IMG/VR virus record: IMGVR_UViG_3300017917_002466 | Coordinates: 1 to 64,000 of that record | DNA length: 64,000 bases | Direction: 5' to 3' (one strand) | Part shown: one piece after another, positions 57,049-64,000 of the stretch | Layout of the letters: each line of letters starts with the position of its first letter | Numbering within the stretch: the first letter of the stretch is position 1 | The notes under the pieces: generated by a model | The model's database searches: none | The model's input: the letters and a program-made list of their open reading frames with translations, nothing else | What the model was told of the DNA's origin: nothing | Made by a program: the position numbers and the translations under genes

Positions 57049-57523
57049 AACAACAGCAATTTACGAAAATAGAATTCGTGACAAAAAAGAGTTGTTTGCA
57101 GAGATACCCCTTACCGAAGAAGGTGACGCACAGACTCTTTTTTTGACCAACAAAGACAATTTGCTCTGTACTGGTTATGAAAGAATAGTTTTCGGAGATC
57201 ACGGGCCTTACATAGAATTTAGCATTTATCAAGTCAATTTTGATAATTGGTTTAGTGAAAGAATTGGAGTAGGATACTATGATAAATTCTACCCAAGGGA
57301 TGAAACCAGAATTTTGATGTATGCTCAAAGAAGAACAGTGGAAAAACTTCCCAATCCACCCAAAGGAAAAAGAAGTTTTTTTGGAAAAAGAATGGAAGGA
57401 TACGCAGACTACAAAGTAGGAATGTTTTATATTTGCCCTTGGGAAAAACAGTTGAAGATTGTGAAAAGTGGAGTTGTTATAAACAATCAGAAGAGTTTTC
57501 TTTCTGATATATTAGGAGGATGA
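57041..57523 (+). CDS. Hypothetical protein
   Basis: ORF track; ERIVFGDHGPYIEF and ADYKVG segments. Confidence 0.65.
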   Translation: MFKTTAIYENRIRDKKELFAEIPLTEEGDAQTLFLTNKDNLLCTGYERIVFGDHGPYIEFSIYQVNFDNWFSERIGVGYYDKFYPRDETRILMYAQRRTVEKLPNPPKGKRSFFGKRMEGYADYKVGMFYICPWEKQLKIVKSGVVINNQKSFLSDILGG

Positions 57524-57526
57524 AGT

Positions 57527-57814
57527 ATGATTAATGTAGAAAACCTTTTCAAAACTTATGATTGGGATAAAAAACCAGAAGAATTAAATGTTAATGAAAT
57601 TTTAAAAGATTATAAAAATGTTCATATAGTAGACGCTCCACAAATAGAATATAACGATAAAAAAATTCTATTAGTTTCCAGAAAGTTTACAAATTTAGAA
57701 ACATTTCTTAAATGGTTACAATATTTCGCATTAATATTTATTTGGAAAATTATTAAAATTGAAAATAGTGAATCTATTGTTGTAAGATGTGCTATTCCAG
57801 ATATTGGAGGTTGA
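57527..57814 (+). CDS. Hypothetical protein
   Basis: ORF track. Confidence 0.55.
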   Translation: MINVENLFKTYDWDKKPEELNVNEILKDYKNVHIVDAPQIEYNDKKILLVSRKFTNLETFLKWLQYFALIFIWKIIKIENSESIVVRCAIPDIGG

Positions 57815-57817
57815 AAT

Positions 57818-57898
57818 ATGCCATACATTAAAGCAGAAGAAATCTTGATAAAAGAGAAGATGAAGCAATGTTTCAGAATGGAGATATTAGATGAATGA
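57818..57898 (+). pseudogene. Internally deleted small phage gene remnant (MPYIK...NGDI type)
   Basis: RBS GGAGG; MPYIKAEE joined out of frame to KREDEAMFQNGDIR. Confidence 0.45.
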
Positions 57899-58056
57899 AT
57901 TTTTAGTTATTACATTAATAGTCATAGTTGGAATTCTTTTTTCCAAGATACTTCTTTACATTTATAACAGAATATGTTATATTTTTTTAGAATTGTGTAT
58001 CAGATTCGGAAATGATTGGGTTCAAAATAAAATTAATAAATTACTTTTATGAAAAA

Positions 58057-58350
58057 ATGGCGTTTAGAAAAATCACAACTTTTATTAATTGAAAATAACA
58101 ATAATAAAGAAAAACTTCTTTTTATTAGAAATTTAAGTAATTTAAATACAAAAGAGTTTAAAAAATCTTTGAAACTATTAATTTAATTTCTTCTTCTAAT
58201 AAAGATGCTATTCTTAATTTTAAACATTCAAACGATATTATTAAAGAAATAGCTCAATTTAAAATTATAGAAGCACCAAATGAAAATATTGAAGTTTCTG
58301 CATTAAATATTGAAGAAGCTTATATTAAAGTAGCAAATTTATTTATGTAA
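58057..58350 (+). pseudogene. Frameshifted small ORF
   Basis: Adding one T at about 58168-58170 gives a continuous ~98-codon frame. Confidence 0.4.
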
Positions 58351-58395
58351 TAAAAAATATAACATAAATATAAATCAAATTTATAAGGAGAATTA

Positions 58396-59751
58396 ATGTT
58401 TACAAGAATTTTTTATGATCCATACAAGAATCACCTATATTGTGTTGAAACAGTTAATGGAAAAAGAACAAAGATAGATTTCCACCCAAAGTTTGAGTAT
58501 TACGTTCCAGACAATACAGGCAATTCTCCATATAAAGATATTTATGGCAATCCTGTCATGCTCCAAGAAAGTGAGACAAGACAGGATATGAAAACTGTTG
58601 CCGAATCTGTAAAGACCTGTGAGACAGATATTTCAGAAGATATAAAGTTTCTTCAAAAGAGATATAGAGGTCAGAATCTTAAAGCCGATCTAAACAATTT
58701 TCAGATTTGTACAGTGGACATTGAGGTTGAATCAGAAAAAGAATTTCCCAAGGCGGACGAAGCAAAATATCCAATCAACCTTATTACCGCTCACTATTCC
58801 AAAGACAATCAGACATATACTTGGGGATTGAGGCCATACACTGGCAATGACCCGAGTGTTAAGAACTATACCTACTGCGCTGACGAACCCACCCTTATAA
58901 GAAGCTTCATTGCACATTTCCGAAAGAAGTCCGTGGATATTCTTACAGGCTGGAATATTATGGGATTTGATGTTCCATATATGGTCAACCGATGTAAGAT
59001 ACTTAAAATTGAAGAATCATTATCGCCTCTCAATATGTACAAGGAAAGAAAACACGGAGGATATCATATTGACGGTGGTGGTTATATCATTGCCGGTATT
59101 TCAATTCTTGATGGATTGGAACTTTATAAGAACTTTGTTTATGTTAAGAGAGAAAGATATTCGCTTCAGTTTATTGGAAAGCTTGAAGTTGGAGAAGGAA
59201 AGAAAGACCTTGAAGGAACTGTTAATACAGCTTGGAAGCAATGGAATGAGTTCGTTGAATATAACGTACAAGACGTTAACCTTTGTCGCAAGATAGAAGA
59301 AAAGAAAAAGCTTATTAAGCTCACCATTGAATTCTGTTATCAAGCCCTCATTCCTTTTGATAGAATCTTTTCATCAATCACTCTCGTAACTGGATATATG
59401 TTGCGAAGACTTCACGACAAAAATATTGTCTTCCCTGATAGAGTATCTACTGAAAAGAATCAAAAATTCCCCGGTGCATATGTTATGGCAAAACCCGGTT
59501 ACTATAACTGGGTTGTGTCGTTTGATGTCGCTTCTATGTACCCACACGAAATTTTAACTTATAATATTAGTCCAGAAACTTTATGTTTTAAAGAATATAC
59601 ACTAATTTATAAAGATAAAGAATATTTTTTTGATGGAAACGATGAAATTTTAGTTGAAAGTAAAGATGAATATATTAAAAAATTTGTTAAAGACTTACAA
59701 GAAAATGATGTTATTTATATAAATACTTCTAAAGAGAATACATCGTTATAA
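58396..59751 (+). CDS. gp43: Family B DNA polymerase, N-terminal part (3'-5' exonuclease and motif A)
   Basis: TVDIEV, GWNIMGFDVPY, YNVQDV, SFDVASMYP, YNISPETL. Confidence 0.93.
   Translation: MFTRIFYDPYKNHLYCVETVNGKRTKIDFHPKFEYYVPDNTGNSPYKDIYGNPVMLQESETRQDMKTVAESVKTCETDISEDIKFLQKRYRGQNLKADLNNFQICTVDIEVESEKEFPKADEAKYPINLITAHYSKDNQTYTWGLRPYTGNDPSVKNYTYCADEPTLIRSFIAHFRKKSVDILTGWNIMGFDVPYMVNRCKILKIEESLSPLNMYKERKHGGYHIDGGGYIIAGISILDGLELYKNFVYVKRERYSLQFIGKLEVGEGKKDLEGTVNTAWKQWNEFVEYNVQDVNLCRKIEEKKKLIKLTIEFCYQALIPFDRIFSSITLVTGYMLRRLHDKNIVFPDRVSTEKNQKFPGAYVMAKPGYYNWVVSFDVASMYPHEILTYNISPETLCFKEYTLIYKDKEYFFDGNDEILVESKDEYIKKFVKDLQENDVIYINTSKENTSL
59718..59734 (+). promoter_or_regulatory. Late promoter for the HEG embedded at end of polymerase N-part
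   Basis: TATAAATACTTCTAAAG, identical to 51388-51404. Confidence 0.7.
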
Positions 59752-59769
59752 CATCTTTGGGAGAAATTT

Positions 59770-60711
59770 ATGAAATGGAATAAAGAAATTTTTATTAAAG
59801 AATCTAAAAAAGTTCACGGTGATAAGTATAATTATAGCAAAGTAGAATATATTAATAGTAGAACTAAAATTCAAATTAAATGTTTAGAACATGGTTTTTT
59901 TGAACAACTTCCTTCCAATCATATTAGAGGATATGGTTGTCCTCGGTGTGCTATTAATAATAGAACTACAAAACAAAAAATTTTTATTAAAGAAGCTAAA
60001 AAAGTTCACGGTGATAAGTATGATTATAGCAAAGTAGAATATGTTAATAATCATGTTAAGGTTGCTATAATTTGTCAAAAACATGGAATTTTCTTACAAG
60101 AACCACAAAATCATTTAAGAAATCATGGTTGTCCTAATTGTATGGTTAATAATCATGTCTTAAAAAATTCTTTTAATAAAGAAATTTTTATTAAAGAAGC
60201 TAAAAAAGTTCACGGTGATAAGTATGATTATAGCAAAGTAGAGTATGTTCAAAGTACAATTAAAGTTTGTATTATTTGTTCAAAACATGGTAAATTTTGG
60301 CAAACTTATAATTCACATATTCATCAAAAAAGTGGTTGTCCAAGTTGTAAACAGTCTAAAAATGAAATTTTAATTGAAAATTGGCTTAAAAGTAAAAATA
60401 TTAAATTTATTCCTCAAATGAAGTTTAATAAATGTCGTGGTAAGAAAAGGCCATTACCATTTGACTTTTATCTTCCTGATTATAATACTTGTATTGAATA
60501 TGATGGAGAACAACATTTTTATCCGATTGATTTGAGTTTTGGACAATTAACAAAAAAAGAAATTAAAGAAAAATTTCAACAAACTAAATTAAGAGATCAA
60601 ATTAAAAATATTTTTTGTAAAAACAATAATATTGAATTAATAAGAATTTCTTATAAACAAAATACTAAAAAGGAACTTGAAAAATGGTTGAAGGAAAAAA
60701 CTTTAAATTAA
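59770..60711 (+). CDS. Putative homing endonuclease (Zn-module repeats plus Vsr/EDxHD-like) splitting gp43
   Basis: Three KKVHGDKY(N/D)YSKVEY repeats; LPFDFYL..CIEYDGEQHF. Confidence 0.85.
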   Translation: MKWNKEIFIKESKKVHGDKYNYSKVEYINSRTKIQIKCLEHGFFEQLPSNHIRGYGCPRCAINNRTTKQKIFIKEAKKVHGDKYDYSKVEYVNNHVKVAIICQKHGIFLQEPQNHLRNHGCPNCMVNNHVLKNSFNKEIFIKEAKKVHGDKYDYSKVEYVQSTIKVCIICSKHGKFWQTYNSHIHQKSGCPSCKQSKNEILIENWLKSKNIKFIPQMKFNKCRGKKRPLPFDFYLPDYNTCIEYDGEQHFYPIDLSFGQLTKKEIKEKFQQTKLRDQIKNIFCKNNNIELIRISYKQNTKKELEKWLKEKTLN

Positions 60712-62081
60712 GCAAAAATTATAGTTGTCCATTATCCAAGCAAAGAACTTGGGAAACTATTGAAGGCCCATTTGAGTGCGGCGGAATTTATTATCGCTCA
60801 GATAAAAAAGGTGTTCTTCCATCAATTGTCGGCGACATATACAATGAAAGAAAAATACTAAAGAAGAAGGGATTTATTGCCGATGCTATTGCCAAGGGTA
60901 GACCGATTGAAGGATACCCAGCCAATCTTATTGAAGCAGTACATTCGGAAGGAGAAACTGCCGAATACTACGATTCTCAACAGCAGATTCGTAAAATCCT
61001 TATCAATTCTGTATATGGAGTTCTTGGTAATCCATATTTTAACTTCTATAATATCAACAACGCAATAGCTGTAACATTGGGTGGTCAAGACCTTATTCGT
61101 TACCTATCTAATACATTGAATGATTATATGAAAAAGAATTGGCATACTCTTGGGCCAAGACTTTATCCAGAGTTCAAGGGAGAATGGAAACCTTTGACTC
61201 AAGACGTAGTAATCCTTCTTGATACAGACTCTAACTACGTTTGTTTACAAGAAATTGTCAAGAATATGGGATTGGATTTCAAGACTAATCAGGAATTTCT
61301 TGACTGGGTAAACGACCTTGATAAGAGGTTCTTTAAACCTTTCTTTGACAAGATTTTGAAAATCTATGCAGACCGATATGGTGTGCCACAAATGATTGAG
61401 TTTAAGAGAGAAAAGGTTATCACTCAGAAATTCATCCTTGCCAAGAAGAAGTATGCTGATGAAGTTATTGCTGATGAAGACAAAATATATGTTGACCATC
61501 CGAAGATTTCAACTACTGGAATTGAAGTTGTCAGAACAGATACTCCTAAATTCAGCCGAGAAAGAATTATGGGAGTTCTTCAAAAGATATTTGAAGTTCG
61601 TGGAAAAGATAGACACGTTGTAATGCAAAGACTTCGTCAAATTCACGATGAGTTTTTGAAGGCAACTCCAACTGACATTGCCAATCCAAAGGGAATCAAA
61701 GACTACCAGAAGTATGCTGAGCCAGTTGAAACCTATCTTGCTAAGAATGTAGCTTCATATCCTAAGCATTTACCAATTCACGTAAGAGCCGCAATCAACT
61801 ATAACTTTACTATTGCCAAGTATAAGCTTCCTCTTATGGAAATCAACAATGGAACCAAGATGAAGTTCATATATGTTGCACCCCAAAAGAATGAGCTTAA
61901 ACAAAATATTATTGGCTTCATTAATGAGTGGCCAAAAGAATTTGAAGCAATGTTTAAAGTAGATGTTGAAGAACAGTGGCAAAAAGTCTTCCAAGACGTT
62001 ATTCAAAGATTTTTTAATGTACTTGGATGGGGAAATATTGAAATTGAAGAAAATACTTTGTCAGACTTTATTCAGTTTTAG
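60684..62081 (+). CDS. gp43: Family B DNA polymerase, C-terminal part (motifs B, C and thumb)
   Basis: KGVLPSIV, RKILINSVYG, LLDTDS, KKKY; ATG 60684 with AAGGA 9 nt upstream. Confidence 0.9.
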   Translation: MVEGKNFKLSKNYSCPLSKQRTWETIEGPFECGGIYYRSDKKGVLPSIVGDIYNERKILKKKGFIADAIAKGRPIEGYPANLIEAVHSEGETAEYYDSQQQIRKILINSVYGVLGNPYFNFYNINNAIAVTLGGQDLIRYLSNTLNDYMKKNWHTLGPRLYPEFKGEWKPLTQDVVILLDTDSNYVCLQEIVKNMGLDFKTNQEFLDWVNDLDKRFFKPFFDKILKIYADRYGVPQMIEFKREKVITQKFILAKKKYADEVIADEDKIYVDHPKISTTGIEVVRTDTPKFSRERIMGVLQKIFEVRGKDRHVVMQRLRQIHDEFLKATPTDIANPKGIKDYQKYAEPVETYLAKNVASYPKHLPIHVRAAINYNFTIAKYKLPLMEINNGTKMKFIYVAPQKNELKQNIIGFINEWPKEFEAMFKVDVEEQWQKVFQDVIQRFFNVLGWGNIEIEENTLSDFIQF

Positions 62082-62092
62082 CTGAAAACCCC

Positions 62093-62121
62093 TTGACAAA
62101 ATCTAATGAAAATGTTATCTT
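62093..62121 (+). promoter_or_regulatory. Sigma70-type promoter upstream of uvsX
   Basis: TTGACA-N17-TATCTT with TG extension. Confidence 0.75.
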
Positions 62122-62152
62122 TAAAGAAATACATTACCATCAAGGAGGTATT

Positions 62153-63301
62153 ATGCGATCATTATATGATATAATAATTAAAGATAAGGAAACCAAAGAC
62201 AGTCCACCACTTTCTTCTTATTTGTTTACAGAAGATGAAAAGATTGAGTTTCTTTCAACTAACGTAATTTCGCTTAATCTTCTTTTTAGTGGAAGAGTTG
62301 ACGGTGGAATCCCTAAGGGAAGGATTTCAATGATTTCAGCCCCGTCAATGCTTGGTAAGTCTTTCATTGCATATGGACTTGTTAAGAACGCACAAAAGAA
62401 GGGGATGCAGGTTTGTATCATTGATACTGAGAGAGCCTTTAGCTTCCAGTTCGCACAAGCTATCGGAATTGATATTAGTCCAGATAAACTTGTTGTTCTT
62501 CAAGAAAATGGAATCGAAGAAGTGTCTGGTATGATTATGACAATCTGTAACGAAATTCCAAAGAATGAAAGAAAAGATGTTCTTTTCATTATTGATAGCT
62601 GGGGTTCTTTGGTCACTTCCAAAACACTTAATAATGCACTTGTCGGAAACGATGCCGCAGACTTTACAATTCCAAAGAAGAAAAACAATCTTGCCAATAT
62701 CATTCTTAATACCAAAGCAACCTATTTCATTGCCAACCATGTTTATGATAACGTCGGTGGAATGGGAGATACTTTGAGTGTGCCTGGTGGAAGAAAAATC
62801 GTATTTAATAGCGAATGTGTTATCTTAGGAAGAAGCCGAGCAAAGGAAAAGAAGTCTGCATCAGACCCAACAATTGTCGGTCATATTATTACAGCTGAAA
62901 CATACAAGTCAAGATGGTCTAAGGAAAAGTCTAAGCTTCAGTTTAGAATTAAGGTAGATGGTGGTTTAGATATTTTCTATGGTATACTTGATGATGCACT
63001 TGAAGCAGGAGTTGTAGATTCCCCAGCCGCTGGTTCGTTCCGTAGACCAATTATTAATAAGAACGAAAAGATTAAAGAAGCAAATATTTACAATTCAGAA
63101 TTTTGGCTTCCAATTTTTAAGGAAACCGATTTCAAGAAGTGGCTTGAAGCAAAGTATACATTTAGCAGTCCTTTGGATATTTCCAAAGAATCGGATATTT
63201 TGAACATGCTAAATGGAGAACCAATAGTAGAAAATCTATTAGAAGAAAAGAAGGAAGAAAATACAGAAGAAAAGAAAACTTCATCCAAAAAGAAAAAATA
63301 A
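62153..63301 (+). CDS. uvsX: RecA-like recombinase UvsX
   Basis: SAPSMLGKS Walker A, IDTE, IIDSWG, GGRK; start reassigned to ATG 62153 after AGGAGG. Confidence 0.92.
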   Translation: MRSLYDIIIKDKETKDSPPLSSYLFTEDEKIEFLSTNVISLNLLFSGRVDGGIPKGRISMISAPSMLGKSFIAYGLVKNAQKKGMQVCIIDTERAFSFQFAQAIGIDISPDKLVVLQENGIEEVSGMIMTICNEIPKNERKDVLFIIDSWGSLVTSKTLNNALVGNDAADFTIPKKKNNLANIILNTKATYFIANHVYDNVGGMGDTLSVPGGRKIVFNSECVILGRSRAKEKKSASDPTIVGHIITAETYKSRWSKEKSKLQFRIKVDGGLDIFYGILDDALEAGVVDSPAAGSFRRPIINKNEKIKEANIYNSEFWLPIFKETDFKKWLEAKYTFSSPLDISKESDILNMLNGEPIVENLLEEKKEENTEEKKTSSKKKK

Positions 63302-64000
63302 ATGGATATTATATTTTTTGAAAAAGTTCTAATTAAGTTCTTGTTTATTGATGAAAAGATTAGGGACAAGGTAATTCCATTCCTTGTCCCTGAAATCTTT
63401 GAAGATCACAAGAACATCCAATTGATTAAGTCAATACTTTCTATTCTTGAAAGGTTTGAGCATTTTCCTTCTATTTCAGAAATGAAGCTTGAACTCAATA
63501 ATGAGGAAGTATTCAATCGTCTTATTGAAATAAAGGAAATGGATATTAATGAGTACAAAAAGGAATTCCTTTTAGAACAGATTGAAGAATTTATCAGAAA
63601 TAAGATGGTTCACAATGTCAATGTTGAGATTGTTATGAGTCTTAATAGTGAAGATAATGAATCTCTTAAACAGGCACCAGATAAACTAAGAGAAGCAATT
63701 GCTTTTAGTTTTGACACAAAAGTTGGACTTGACCTTTTTGATGAAGAAGAAAGATTGTATAATCATCTTCATAATAAAGATAGAGTAATTCCAACAAGTA
63801 TCACACAGTTCAATAGACTTATTGAAGGTGGTTTCCACGAGAAATCTTTGACTTTGTTTATGGCAGAAACCAACCTTGGTAAGTCTCTCATTATGACTTC
63901 TCTTGGAGTAGACTGTATTTTAAGGAACAAAAATGTTCTTTATGTCTCTTGTGAAATGTCAGAAGAAAAGATTTCTGAGCGTGTAATGTCAAATATGTTT
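63302..64000 (+). CDS. gp41: Replicative DnaB-like helicase, 5' part (truncated by window)
   Basis: Not in ORF track. Manual: MDIIFFEKVLIK...GGFHEKSLTLFMAETNLGKS...YVSCEMSEEKI. Confidence 0.9.
   Translation, partial: MDIIFFEKVLIKFLFIDEKIRDKVIPFLVPEIFEDHKNIQLIKSILSILERFEHFPSISEMKLELNNEEVFNRLIEIKEMDINEYKKEFLLEQIEEFIRNKMVHNVNVEIVMSLNSEDNESLKQAPDKLREAIAFSFDTKVGLDLFDEEERLYNHLHNKDRVIPTSITQFNRLIEGGFHEKSLTLFMAETNLGKSLIMTSLGVDCILRNKNVLYVSCEMSEEKISERVMSNMF

Noticed and set aside
59587-60740. Functional split intein in gp43
   Set aside because: The C-part start (MVEGKNFKLSKNYSCP) has no block F/G, and its Asn is followed by Tyr, not Cys/Ser/Thr.
59560-60740. Group I intron carrying the endonuclease in gp43
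   Set aside because: Only about 18 nt of non-coding sequence and no recognisable P3/P7 core elements; not formally excluded without a covariance search.
62093-62152. N-terminal extension of UvsX from the TTG at 62093
   Set aside because: The TTG is the -35 box of a promoter; the ATG at 62153 has a strong SD.
1-64000. Stop-codon reassignment (alternative genetic code)
   Set aside because: Core genes are full length under the standard code, and TAA, TAG and TGA all end genes.
1-64000. tRNA/rRNA genes or a diversity-generating retroelement
   Set aside because: No cloverleaf, rRNA, reverse transcriptase or adenine-specific repeat pair found by eye.

Overview
AT-rich 64-kb segment of a large T4-like (myovirus) phage genome. 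The minus strand (1-48.9 kb) carries the virion module: Ser-rich fibre/appendage proteins, baseplate (gp6, gp25, gp5, hub, gp53), tape measure with lysozyme, tube gp19, sheath gp18, terminase, neck gp13/gp14/gp15, head gp20-gp23, then uvsW/uvsY. After a CTAG-rich switch region, the plus strand carries gp46, gp55, gp47, a glycosyltransferase, a DHH phosphoesterase, a split gp43 polymerase, uvsX and the start of gp41. The region is heavily invaded by free-standing homing endonuclease genes (HEGs) and their deleted remnants. Main observations: (1) a five-copy, covarying three-way-junction motif (P1-GACAN-P2-N1-2-P3-TTA-P1') next to HEGs of three families; in three copies a loop is complementary to the loop of an RBS-sequestering hairpin, and one copy is inverted under its own late promoter as a possible antisense RNA; (2) a large terminase fractured by an atypically split intein with an HNH gene between the halves; (3) a polymerase split by a HEG with no visible intein or intron; (4) strong Ser-Ala bias in virion proteins; (5) a set of small genes with capsid-targeting-like N-termini. 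All calls come from manual reading; no database searches were run.
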